From positions 8,501 through 72,500 of the forward strand of contig JAGGYH010000018.1 in assembly GCA_021162615.1 (NCBI GenBank): a stretch of DNA of 64,000 nucleotides, written 5' to 3'. The notes beneath the pieces were generated by a model. The model made no database searches. It was not told the DNA's origin and saw only the letters and a list, made by a program, of their open reading frames with translations. Each line of letters begins with the position of its first letter. The first letter of the stretch is position 1. The translations under genes were made by a program, and so were the position numbers. Source of the DNA: Candidatus Aminicenantes bacterium (GTDB lineage Bacteria > Acidobacteriota > Aminicenantia > Aminicenantales > Aminicenantaceae). Shown here piece after piece: positions 35,180 through 44,385 of the stretch.

Positions 35180-38100
35180 ATGAGAAACAAACTATTCATT
35201 CTCGGTGTTCTTTTTGTTTTTATTTTATCAACAGCGGTATTTGCCGAAGAGGAAGCACGGGTGCTTCGATTTCCGGCCATACACGGAGATCAGGTGGTGT
35301 TTTCTTACGCCGGAGACCTTTATTCAGTGTCTTCTGAAGGAGGGTATGCACGAAAACTCACCAACCATGAAGGGTATGAAGCCTTCCCGCGTTTTTCTCA
35401 TGACGGGAAATATATCGCCTTCACAGGCGAATATGACGGAAACAGAGAGGTCTATGTGATCCCGAGTCAAGGCGGGATACCGAAAAGGATGACCTTTACT
35501 CCGACTCTGGGAAGGGATGATATTTCAGACCGGATGGGCCCGAACAATATTGTTATGGGCTGGAAGCATGACAACACAAGTATTGTGTTCCGGTCCAGAA
35601 CAAGGGAATGGAATTCTTTTAACGGACAGCTCTATCTAGCTTCCCTCGAAGGCGGTCTTCCCGAGCAGCTTCCTGTCCCCAGAGGCGGTTTCTGCTCGTT
35701 TTCTCCTGATGACAAGAAATTTGCTTACAACCGGATATTCCGCGAGTTCAGAACATGGAAGAGATACAGAGGGGGAATGGCTGATGATATCTGGATATAT
35801 GACCTTGAAGAGAAGAAGGTGACCAATGTAACAAAAAATCCTGCTCAGGATATCATTCCCATGTGGAGCGGGCAGAAGATTTATTTTCTTTCTGACAGAG
35901 GTGAAAACACACGCATGAATCTTTATGTGTATGACCTTGAAACACAGGACACACGCCGTCTTACGGATTTTGCGGATTTTGATATCAAGTTTCCCTCCTT
36001 GGGCCCGGCGTCCATTGTGTTTGAAAACGGCGGGTATATCTACTGTTATGACCTGGAGAAAGAAGAGACCAGAAAGCTGACTGTGTTTATCGCGGATGAC
36101 AGGCCTTTGAGCAGGGAGAAACTGGTCAATGTCTCGGAAATGGTGACAAACTATGAGATCTCTCCTGACGGGAAAAGGGCGCTTTTTGGTGCCCGGGGAG
36201 AAGTGTTTACTGTTCCCCAGAAGTACGGAAACACAAGGAATCTTACGGAAACCCCCGGTATTCATGAGAGGAATTCAAAGTGGTCGCCTGATGGAAAATG
36301 GATAGCGTTTATCTCTGACCAGAGCGGGGAAGATGAGATCTATATCCTAGCCCAGGACGGTGCAGGTGAACCAAGGCAGATAACAACAGGTGCGGATACA
36401 TACAAGTATCAGATTTACTGGTCACCGGACTCAAAGAAAATAATGTGGAGTGATAAACGGCTCCGGCTTAATTATGTCGATATTGACTCCAAAGAAATTG
36501 TCGAGGTGGATAAAGCAAAAATCTGGGAATTCGGGGATTATGTATGGTCTCCGGACAGCCAATGGATCGCATATTCCAGACCTGAAGCAGAATCCATGAC
36601 AAAAATATATTTATACAGTCTGGAGAAAAAAGAATCCTATGAGGTCACGGACGGGTGGTATTCATCCTATTCCCCTTGTTTTGATTCAAAAGGCAGGTAT
36701 CTGTATTTTGTTTCAGACAGGGATTTCAACCCCATTTACAGCCGGACAGAGTGGAACCATGCCTATCTTTCTATGTCCAGGATATACCTGGTCACTTTGG
36801 CCGAAGACGCGGAATCTCCGTTTAAGCCGAAAAGCGATGAGGTCTCCATTGAGAAGGTAGAAAAGAAAGAAGAAAAGAAGGGAGAAAAAAAAGAGGATTC
36901 CGGTGAAAAGCCCGCACTCAAGGTGGATACCGAGGGTCTCAAAGACAGGATCATATCTCTTCCAGTCAGCGTGGGTGATTATATGAGCATAACTTCGGTA
37001 GGGGACAGTATTTATTATATGAAAAGAAGCGGAATGGACCGCAGAGCCTCCCTGGCTCTCTTTGACCTAAATAAAAGGAAAGAAACCGTTCTCGGGCAGA
37101 TAAACGGTTATGAGATCTCTCATGACAAAAAAAAGATACTGGTTTCGCAGAACAGAAGCTATGCCATTGTGGATCTGCCAAAAGCTAAGTTGGATATCAA
37201 AGAGAGGCTTGACCTTTCCGGTATGGAAACAAAAGTGGATTACAAAAAAGAGTGGCATCAGATCTTCAATGAGTGCTGGCGACAGATGAAATATTTTTTC
37301 TATGCTCCCAATATGCACGGAGTGGACTGGGAAGCTGTGAGAGAGCGGTATGAACCTCTGGCAGATGCTGTAAGCCACAGAGCTGATTTGACATATATCC
37401 TTGGAGAGATGGTAGGAGAACTGAATGTCGGGCATACGTATGTGGGAGGAGGGGACTTTCCTCATCCCAAGAGACTTAATATGGGCATGCTGGGTGCTCA
37501 GTTTGAGAAAGATACGAAAAGCGGCTATTTCAAAGTGACAAAGATCTTAGAGGGAGAAAACTGGCGAGATTCGGTTCGCTCTCCGCTTACTGAAATAGGA
37601 GTGGATGTGAAAGAAGGCTCCTACATATTGAGCATTGACGGAAAGTCCACCATCAAGATGGATAATCTGTACGAGGCGCTCGTGAACACAGCCGGAAAAC
37701 AGGTGACCCTTAAAGTGAATGACAAGCCAGTTGAGAAAGAGAGCCGGGAAGTCGTGGTGGTTCCCATAAGAGATGAACATTCCCTCTATTATTATAACTG
37801 GGTGCAGAGCAATACGGAAAAGGTAAACAAAGCAACTGCAGGAAAAGTCGGATACATACATGTTCCGGATATGGGCCCTCAAGGTTTGAACGAATTTGTC
37901 AAGCATTTCTATCCTCAGCTCCGCAAAAAAGCTCTTATTATTGATGTGCGGAGCAATGGAGGCGGGAATGTCTCGCCCATGCTTATAGAGCGGTTGAGGC
38001 GGGAGATAGCCATGGTATCCATGTCCAGGAACACGATTCCGAGTCCTGACCCGGATGCTGTGATGCTGGGGCCTAAGGTGTGTCTTATGGACGAGTTCTC

Positions 38101-38452
38101 AGCTTCTGATGGGGATATTTTCCCTTACCGGTTTAAAAAATACGGTCTTGGAAAATTGATAGGAAAAAGGACCTGGGGCGGAGTCGTGGGCATCAGGGGC
38201 TCGCTTCCGCTTCTTGACGGAGGCAGCCTGACAAAACCTGAGTTTGCCATTTATAATCTTAAAGGAGAATGGATTGTTGAGGGCAGGGGAGTGGAGCCTG
38301 ATATTTATGTTGATAATGATCCGGTCAAGGAGTATGCCGGAATAGACCAGCAGCTCGACAAAGCTATTGAAGTTATTCTGGAAGAGCTGAAAAAAGACGG
38401 AGTCGAGCTTCCTGATATTCCGCCGTATCCGGATAAAAAGAAGAAGAAATAG
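35180..38452 (+). CDS. Tricorn-type protease homologue, second paralogue, secreted
   Basis: 1090 aa, collinear with 1247-4504 (LRFPAIHGDQVVFSYAGDLYSV..., FSHDGKYIAFTGEYDG, WSPDGKWIAF, WSPDSKKIMW, WSPDSQWIAY, ...IIDVRSNGGGN...SASDGDIF...GKRTWGG). Shares the K/E-rich linker (VEKKEEKKGEKKEDSGEK) and a poly-Lys tail. Confidence 0.9.
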   Translation: MRNKLFILGVLFVFILSTAVFAEEEARVLRFPAIHGDQVVFSYAGDLYSVSSEGGYARKLTNHEGYEAFPRFSHDGKYIAFTGEYDGNREVYVIPSQGGIPKRMTFTPTLGRDDISDRMGPNNIVMGWKHDNTSIVFRSRTREWNSFNGQLYLASLEGGLPEQLPVPRGGFCSFSPDDKKFAYNRIFREFRTWKRYRGGMADDIWIYDLEEKKVTNVTKNPAQDIIPMWSGQKIYFLSDRGENTRMNLYVYDLETQDTRRLTDFADFDIKFPSLGPASIVFENGGYIYCYDLEKEETRKLTVFIADDRPLSREKLVNVSEMVTNYEISPDGKRALFGARGEVFTVPQKYGNTRNLTETPGIHERNSKWSPDGKWIAFISDQSGEDEIYILAQDGAGEPRQITTGADTYKYQIYWSPDSKKIMWSDKRLRLNYVDIDSKEIVEVDKAKIWEFGDYVWSPDSQWIAYSRPEAESMTKIYLYSLEKKESYEVTDGWYSSYSPCFDSKGRYLYFVSDRDFNPIYSRTEWNHAYLSMSRIYLVTLAEDAESPFKPKSDEVSIEKVEKKEEKKGEKKEDSGEKPALKVDTEGLKDRIISLPVSVGDYMSITSVGDSIYYMKRSGMDRRASLALFDLNKRKETVLGQINGYEISHDKKKILVSQNRSYAIVDLPKAKLDIKERLDLSGMETKVDYKKEWHQIFNECWRQMKYFFYAPNMHGVDWEAVRERYEPLADAVSHRADLTYILGEMVGELNVGHTYVGGGDFPHPKRLNMGMLGAQFEKDTKSGYFKVTKILEGENWRDSVRSPLTEIGVDVKEGSYILSIDGKSTIKMDNLYEALVNTAGKQVTLKVNDKPVEKESREVVVVPIRDEHSLYYYNWVQSNTEKVNKATAGKVGYIHVPDMGPQGLNEFVKHFYPQLRKKALIIDVRSNGGGNVSPMLIERLRREIAMVSMSRNTIPSPDPDAVMLGPKVCLMDEFSASDGDIFPYRFKKYGLGKLIGKRTWGGVVGIRGSLPLLDGGSLTKPEFAIYNLKGEWIVEGRGVEPDIYVDNDPVKEYAGIDQQLDKAIEVILEELKKDGVELPDIPPYPDKKKKK

Positions 38453-38453
38453 G

Positions 38454-39449
38454 TTAAGAATTTTTGCTGTCCAGAGTGTTCAGCCATGCGACAGTCTTTT
38501 TTATGCCTGTCTCTAGAGAGAGGGGGCTGTATCCCAGTTCACGCGCAGCTTTATCGCTTGATACGACCCAGTCGCAGGTCAGCTTTTTTACCATTTCCGG
38601 AGTTATGAGCGGATAAATATCGAACCACTTAGCCAGGAATTTCATGAAGGAGGAAAGGAAAATCATTATAAAGATAGGCAGCCTAAACAGAGCATGTTCT
38701 TTTTGAGATACTTTTTTTAGAGTTTTGAAGAATCCGCTGTAGGAAACGTTTTCACCTCCCAGGATATATTTTTCTCCCGGAAGCCCTTTTTCTATAGCCA
38801 ATATATGTCCTTTAACGACATCATCTATATACACATAATTTCCTATGTTCTTTCCGCTCCCCGGAATGATGCGCCATCTGCCTTTGATATAAAGTTGTAT
38901 CATTCTTGTCGTGCTGTTGCTTTCTTTGATAAGGCCCGGACCATACACTCTTGTGGGGCATACCATAACGATGTGAAGGCCTTTTTCAATATAGCTGAGA
39001 GCCAAAGAATCGGCTTGTGTTTTTGTTCTTTCATATTCAGTGAAACATTCTGTTTTTTTTACGGTGTTCTCATCCACACAGCCGTCTAAAGAAGGGCCAA
39101 ACACGCCAGCCGTTGAAGTTATGACCGCCTTTTTTACGCCTAAGTGGAGAGCTGCTTCCAGAACATTTTTTGTTCCAGTGACATTGATATCATGATATCT
39201 ATTTGGTTTTTTTGACCATATTTTTGTCATGGCAGCTGTGTGAAAAACCCATTGACACCCGCTCATAGCTCTTTCAATGCTTTTTTGGTCAAGAAGATTT
39301 CCTTTGAACAGGCGAACATGTGCATGTTTTATGGCCGGGGTTTTAGACCTCGAGCGGAAAAGCGCATGGACTGTATGGCCCGAATCTGCAAGCGTTCTTA
39401 CCAATGCGCTGCCTATGAACCCTGTGGCTCCTGTAACGAAAATCTTCAT
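38454..39449 (-). CDS. NAD(P)-dependent epimerase/dehydratase-family reductase (extended SDR)
   Basis: ORF track 38454-39506. ATG 39449 gives MKIFVTGATGFIGSALVRTL (GxxGxxG) and overlaps the upstream stop by 4 nt (ATGA). YERTK (YxxxK). Confidence 0.8.
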   Translation of the reverse strand: MKIFVTGATGFIGSALVRTLADSGHTVHALFRSRSKTPAIKHAHVRLFKGNLLDQKSIERAMSGCQWVFHTAAMTKIWSKKPNRYHDINVTGTKNVLEAALHLGVKKAVITSTAGVFGPSLDGCVDENTVKKTECFTEYERTKTQADSLALSYIEKGLHIVMVCPTRVYGPGLIKESNSTTRMIQLYIKGRWRIIPGSGKNIGNYVYIDDVVKGHILAIEKGLPGEKYILGGENVSYSGFFKTLKKVSQKEHALFRLPIFIMIFLSSFMKFLAKWFDIYPLITPEMVKKLTCDWVVSSDKAARELGYSPLSLETGIKKTVAWLNTLDSKNS

Positions 39450-40183
39450 TTTGTCTTCCCTCTGCGTTTGATTTTCATCTGCGGATTGAAAGAGATAGAG
39501 AGCCACTCATTTGAGAGAGCAAGAATGGCATGGCTGAAAAAGGAAGTCCATAGAGTCCCTGTTTTATGGGTCAGAAGGCAGAAGATAGAGCCTAAAAACA
39601 CAGAGCCAACCATCTCTTTCCATCCTTTATGTAAGTGAAAGGCAGTGTAGATGACAATATTTATCAAAACGGCAGGCCAGAGGCCAAAAGACCTCAAACA
39701 TGAAAAGAATAAGATCCCCCTGAACAGCAGTTCGTAGGCAAAAAGGTAAAGGATCCATGAAAAAGCGCTGATAAAAAGAAGGCCAGAATCCCATTCAGCG
39801 GTTTGGATCTCAGGATATTTTTTGTGATAGGAGGGATTTTTCGCTGTCTTAAAGTTTATCGGGATTATCACCAGAGATAGAGCCAGTGTCCATAAAAGGG
39901 ATTCCGTGAAATTTTTAAAAGCCAATCCATAGGCAGAGAACTTTTTTGAAAAGACCAAAGAAACCAGAAAAGCCGGAATGATCCCATAGAGCAAAATTCC
40001 TGTTCCCCTCTGCAGCAATGTTCTGTATATTTTTGATTTTTCTTTCCCGAATTTTCTTTCAAGCCTTTTTCTGATTTGATGTGAGTTTAAAGCTAAAAGA
40101 AAAAAGGCATAGGATAAAAAGGAAAGAACAATGGAAAAAACAGCTTCCTGATACACTGAGATTTGTTCAAAAAAATCAGACAC
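39446..40183 (-). CDS. CPBP-family intramembrane glutamic endopeptidase (CAAX protease-like)
   Basis: 245 aa, polytopic. AYELLFRGILF (E..FRG motif), YTAFHLHKG (F...H), FFSHAILALSNEW (H...N-type motif). Confidence 0.8.
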   Translation of the reverse strand: MSDFFEQISVYQEAVFSIVLSFLSYAFFLLALNSHQIRKRLERKFGKEKSKIYRTLLQRGTGILLYGIIPAFLVSLVFSKKFSAYGLAFKNFTESLLWTLALSLVIIPINFKTAKNPSYHKKYPEIQTAEWDSGLLFISAFSWILYLFAYELLFRGILFFSCLRSFGLWPAVLINIVIYTAFHLHKGWKEMVGSVFLGSIFCLLTHKTGTLWTSFFSHAILALSNEWLSISFNPQMKIKRRGKTK

Positions 40184-40240
40184 TCACTTGTCCCTGAATA
40201 AGTATATAAAAAGGCCTTTTTTATAATCGGTCCGGCTAAT

Positions 40241-41470
40241 TTATAAGGCAGCTTCTTTTATGGAGTCCAGATTAAGATTGAGGTTATCGCGGACAGTGGC
40301 AAAAGCTTTGATGGTCTCGTTTATCTCTTTATCAGTATGAGATGCGGTCGGTATCAGTCTGAACATGATGATTCCCTTGGGGACTACGGGATACATGACT
40401 CCGGTTATGAATATTCCGAGTTCCCTTAATTTCATTATGATCTGCATCCCCACTTTCATATCTCCTGCCGGGACGTATACAGCAGTGATGGGAGACCGTC
40501 CTTTGCCCACATTATAACCAAGATTTTCAAGTCCTGATTTCAGTTTTTCCGCATTTTCAAACATCTTTTTCCGCAGAGAAGCTCCGTTCTTTACTATGTC
40601 GAGAATTTTTTTAAGCACTTCCACATAGATCATGGGGAGGCTTTTGGCAAAGACCTGAGTTCTCGCATTATATCTTATCCAGTCTACTACTTTTTTTGGA
40701 GCGGCTGATACTCCGCCTATGGCTGCAAATGCTTTGGCAAAAGTGCCGAAATAAATATCAATTTTATCCTGCAGACCGAAATAAGAAGCTGTTCCCTGGC
40801 CGGTTTCATTCATGACCCCGAATCCATGCGCATCATCGATAAACAGCCGTGCGTCGTATTTTTCTTTGAGCTGGCAAATGTTCGGCAGGTCAGCCAGGTC
40901 GCCCCGCATTCCAAAAACGCCTTCTGTCACGATCAAGACACCGCCTTTTCTGTCTTTGTTTATCCTTTTCAAGTGGCTTTCCAGGCTGTTCATATCATTG
41001 TGCTTGTATGCACGGAATTGCCCCGGAGATAAAAAGGTCGCATCCAGCATGGAAGCGTGGGAAAGCTTGTCAATGACAATGGTGTCTTTTCGGCCCACTA
41101 AAGAGGAGATGGTTCCTAAAACCCCGAGATATCCATAATTGAAAAGAATAGCCGATTCTTTTTCAGTAAAATCAGCCAGCTGCTCTTCAAGTTCCTTGTG
41201 GAATTTTGTGTTGCCGGTCATCATTCTGGAACCCATAGGAGCACTTAAAGGGTATTTCTTCACTATTTTTTCAGAATAGGCCTTGATTTCTTTGTTCTCA
41301 GCAAGGCCCAGGTAGTTGTTGATAGACCACTGGATACATTTGTTCCCGTTAAAAATGGTTCTTGTTCCAGGGATGGGGTCTAAGATAGGGCGGGAGAAGA
41401 AGAAATCGTCCTGAGCGCGGAATATTCCAAAATAACCTCCGTCCGTATCGCATTTGTCAAATAGGTCCAT
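40241..41470 (-). CDS. Alpha-oxoamine synthase family PLP enzyme (BioF/Kbl/serine palmitoyltransferase-like)
   Basis: 409 aa. NNYLGLA, SHASMLD, FIDDAHGFGV, GTFAKAFAAIGG (PLP lysine), YPVVPKG. Subfamily not assignable by eye. Confidence 0.85.
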   Translation of the reverse strand: MDLFDKCDTDGGYFGIFRAQDDFFFSRPILDPIPGTRTIFNGNKCIQWSINNYLGLAENKEIKAYSEKIVKKYPLSAPMGSRMMTGNTKFHKELEEQLADFTEKESAILFNYGYLGVLGTISSLVGRKDTIVIDKLSHASMLDATFLSPGQFRAYKHNDMNSLESHLKRINKDRKGGVLIVTEGVFGMRGDLADLPNICQLKEKYDARLFIDDAHGFGVMNETGQGTASYFGLQDKIDIYFGTFAKAFAAIGGVSAAPKKVVDWIRYNARTQVFAKSLPMIYVEVLKKILDIVKNGASLRKKMFENAEKLKSGLENLGYNVGKGRSPITAVYVPAGDMKVGMQIIMKLRELGIFITGVMYPVVPKGIIMFRLIPTASHTDKEINETIKAFATVRDNLNLNLDSIKEAAL

Positions 41471-41596
41471 CTCACTTCTCCATTAAAAAATTAAAGGCAT
41501 TCACGTTCTCAAATCCAGGTGGTTATTTATACCAAAGCCGCCCGCTGGAGTCAATAGAAAAGAAGAGTCCTTTAAAGACCGGGAATTTTATTTTTA

Positions 41597-41625
41597 TTGA
41601 CTAGTTTTTTCATTTAGTTTATAAA
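41597..41625 (+). promoter_or_regulatory. Sigma70-like promoter candidate for the tandem OMP genes
   Basis: TTGACT (41597-41602), 17-nt spacer, TATAAA (41620-41625). AGGAGG RBS at 41649-41654 before GTG 41660. Confidence 0.35.
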
Positions 41626-41659
41626 AAGGTAATTTCTTAAAGTATATAGGAGGAAAATA

Positions 41660-42460
41660 GTGCGGAAGAAAATAAAAAAAGCTTTGGTTTTAGTAATGGC
41701 GACGGCGTTTCTTGCTTCCTTTGGTTTTTCCCAGGTGGAGTTTACAGCTTTCGGGCTTTATAACCTGAATCTTTCTTATCCGGGAAGTGCTGAGCTTGAT
41801 TCTGATGTCGAATCAGAAATAAGCTGGTATTATCCAGAGTGGCAGGCGTTTTTTGACGCTGTTTTGGAACAGAAGGGAGGTATGGGATTCGGAGGAAGGA
41901 TCGCTTTCAATATCACTCCTGCCATTGGAATTGAAGGAAGCCTTGAGTACATAATGGCCGAGACATCGTTTACTGAAGGCATCGTTGATGACCTTGTGGA
42001 TAAAATGGAGTCCATAGGATACGGTGATGATGTTAAAGTAGCCAATGAATCCGGGGGAAACATAATGAGGTATTACGGCAACATCGTGTTTAATATTCCT
42101 TCTCCCGGGAATATGACTCCCTATATTACCGCAGGGATAGGCATTACCCAGTTCAAAATTGCGGAAGGAGTAGGCCCTGAAATTGATTTAGACGATCCTT
42201 TAACCATGCAGCGGGCGCATATTTATTATACAGATACTTCGGCTCTCACTTTTAATGGAGGATTAGGGATCAAAGCGCTTTTTACCCCTAACATTGGTTT
42301 ACGAATTGACGCAAGGGTGTTCTACTGCAGCCCTGAATTCCAGCAGAAATTTTACAATGAGGTTTTTGGTTATATCGTATTTGACGATGTTGACTCCCTT
42401 GTCCAGAGCGGCGCTCACATAGATGCCAATCTGAATGTGGGGTTTTTTGCCCGGTTCTAA
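41660..42460 (+). CDS. Outer-membrane beta-barrel protein (OmpA-like barrel / porin-family), paralogue 1
   Basis: 266 aa. Signal peptide ...ATAFLASFGFSQ. Alternating beta-strand pattern. C-terminal ...NLNVGFFARF (terminal Phe). About 60 percent identical to 42561-43358 by manual alignment. Confidence 0.7.
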   Translation: MRKKIKKALVLVMATAFLASFGFSQVEFTAFGLYNLNLSYPGSAELDSDVESEISWYYPEWQAFFDAVLEQKGGMGFGGRIAFNITPAIGIEGSLEYIMAETSFTEGIVDDLVDKMESIGYGDDVKVANESGGNIMRYYGNIVFNIPSPGNMTPYITAGIGITQFKIAEGVGPEIDLDDPLTMQRAHIYYTDTSALTFNGGLGIKALFTPNIGLRIDARVFYCSPEFQQKFYNEVFGYIVFDDVDSLVQSGAHIDANLNVGFFARF

Positions 42461-42560
42461 TTCACCTGCCTTGTTCAGGTTAGTTATTTTTATAGGATTT
42501 TTAGCCTAATTTAACAGAAATTTATTTTACTTGGTGATATATTTTAGCAGGAGGTGACCC

Positions 42561-43358
42561 ATGGAACTGAATTTGAAAAAAGCACTGGTTGTGATTTTGG
42601 GCATAGTCATCTTGGCCGGGCCGGGTTTTTCCCAGGTGGAATTTACGGTTTTCGGGCTTTATAACTTGAATATTTCATATCCCAAGGAGGGAGACTTCAA
42701 TAGTAGTGTGGAATCAGTTGTGGAAAACTGGTATTCCGAATGGCTTGCTTTTTTCTCAACTGTTTTAGAGCAGGAGGATGGGTTGGGATTTGGCGCAAGA
42801 GTCGCTTACGATATGACACCTTCAACGGGTTTTGAGGCCAGTATTGAGTATATAACAGCAGAAACAGCCTTTATCGGTAACATAGTGGACAACCTGCAGG
42901 ATAAGATGGAATCTATAGGATACGGTGATTGGATACAAACAGCAAACAAGTCAGGGGGAAATATCATCCGCTATTACGGCAATATTGTTTTTAATTTTCC
43001 AAATGCCGGCAAAATAACTCCTTATGCCACGTTTGGTTTAGGCATCACTCAATTTAAGATCCAGCAAAACGGTCCTCAAATAGAAACAGAGTATGGTTCG
43101 ATAGAAGAAAAAATACATTTGTATTATAATGATGTTTTTGCGCTTACCTTCAACGGGGGACTTGGCGTGAAAGCTCTTTTTACGCCGAATATCGGACTCA
43201 AACTGGATGCCAGGATTTTTGTCTGTGACCCTGATTTTGAGCAGATGTTCAGCTTGGAAACCATGGGGACTACGGTTTTCGATGATAAAATGTCTTATAT
43301 CCAGGGGGGCACTCATATTGATGCCAATCTGAATATTGGATTTATCGTACGGTTTTGA
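42561..43358 (+). CDS. Outer-membrane beta-barrel protein, paralogue 2
   Basis: 265 aa. Signal peptide. Shares SQVEFT.FGLYNLN.SYP, DKMESIGYGD, SGGNI.RYYGNIVFN, GITQFKI, ALTFNGGLG.KALFTPNIGL..DAR.F and the C-terminal ...NLNIGFIVRF with paralogue 1. Confidence 0.7.
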   Translation: MELNLKKALVVILGIVILAGPGFSQVEFTVFGLYNLNISYPKEGDFNSSVESVVENWYSEWLAFFSTVLEQEDGLGFGARVAYDMTPSTGFEASIEYITAETAFIGNIVDNLQDKMESIGYGDWIQTANKSGGNIIRYYGNIVFNFPNAGKITPYATFGLGITQFKIQQNGPQIETEYGSIEEKIHLYYNDVFALTFNGGLGVKALFTPNIGLKLDARIFVCDPDFEQMFSLETMGTTVFDDKMSYIQGGTHIDANLNIGFIVRF

Positions 43359-43375
43359 TTTGGTGATTCCGCTTC

Positions 43376-44377
43376 ATGGAAACATCCTGTAAAGGCAAGG
43401 CGTATGCCAGGGCCGGTTTTTTAGGGAATCCATCGGATGGTTATTTTGGCAAGACCATTGCCGTATGTGTGAAGAATTTCTACGCTGAAGCAGAGGTCAG
43501 AAAAAGCCGGACACTTGAGATAAGATCCGGCGGTTTGGACCGCTCCGTTTACACCAGCCTGTCTGCTTTGGTTAAGGAACTAAACACGTATGGATACTAT
43601 GGAGGGGTGCGTCTTATCAAGGCAGCCATAAAGAAATTTTATGACTACTGCACTGGAAACAAAATTGCTGTAGAAAGCAAAAATTTCACGGTCAGTTACC
43701 AGTCGGATATCCCCCGCCAGCTGGGGCTGGGCGGCTCCAGTGCTATCATAACAGCCGCGCTCAGGGCTCTGATGCGTTTCTATAACGTCAAAATCCCTTT
43801 AAATATTCTTCCTTCTCTCATTCTTGAAGCTGAGCGCGAGGAGTTGGGGATAAATGCTGGATTTATGGACCGGGTTGTTCAGGTATTTGAGGGATGTGTA
43901 TATATGGACCTTAATAAGGAAATCCTCCAGTCACAAGGGCACGGGCTTTATGAGGAATTGGATCCATCGCTTTTGCCTTCCCTTTATCTTGCATACAAAC
44001 CAAGTTTGGGGAAGGTTTCAGGAAAGGTTTTAAATGACATTAGATTGGGTTATGAAAGAGGCGATCGGTTTGTTAGAGAAACACTGGAAAGGATTGCGGA
44101 GAAAGCTGAAATCGGAAAAGAAGCTCTGAAAAAAAGAGATTATGAACATGTGAAAATTCTTATGAATGAGAATTTTGATTTAAGAAGCCGGATAATGAAA
44201 ATAAGCAGACCCAATATGGAGATGATCGACACAGCCCGGCGCTGCGGGGCGGCTGCAAAATTTGCGGGTTCAGGAGGTGCGGTTATTGGCATGTATGAAG
44301 ATGAGAAGACGTTCGTCCGGCTTAAAAAAGAGATGGAGAAGATCCAGGCCAAAGTCATCAAGCCCATCATTGGATAA
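43376..44377 (+). CDS. GHMP-family sugar kinase, glucuronokinase-like
   Basis: 333 aa. ARAGFLGNPSDGYFGKTIA, GYYGGVRL, DIPRQLGLGGSSAIITAAL (GHMP ATP motif), LGINAGFMDRVVQVFEG, AKFAGSGGAV. This pattern matches my recollection of plant glucuronokinase (EC 2.7.1.43) relatives. Family call is firm; substrate call is tentative. Confidence 0.75.
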   Translation: METSCKGKAYARAGFLGNPSDGYFGKTIAVCVKNFYAEAEVRKSRTLEIRSGGLDRSVYTSLSALVKELNTYGYYGGVRLIKAAIKKFYDYCTGNKIAVESKNFTVSYQSDIPRQLGLGGSSAIITAALRALMRFYNVKIPLNILPSLILEAEREELGINAGFMDRVVQVFEGCVYMDLNKEILQSQGHGLYEELDPSLLPSLYLAYKPSLGKVSGKVLNDIRLGYERGDRFVRETLERIAEKAEIGKEALKKRDYEHVKILMNENFDLRSRIMKISRPNMEMIDTARRCGAAAKFAGSGGAVIGMYEDEKTFVRLKKEMEKIQAKVIKPIIG

Positions 44378-44385
44378 AATGGTAT

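Noticed and set aside
40201-40235. aaaaaggcctttttt between the AOS and CPBP genes as an intrinsic terminator
   Set aside because: The palindrome has essentially no loop and an AT-rich stem. The genes are only 57 nt apart on the same strand, so co-transcription is more likely.
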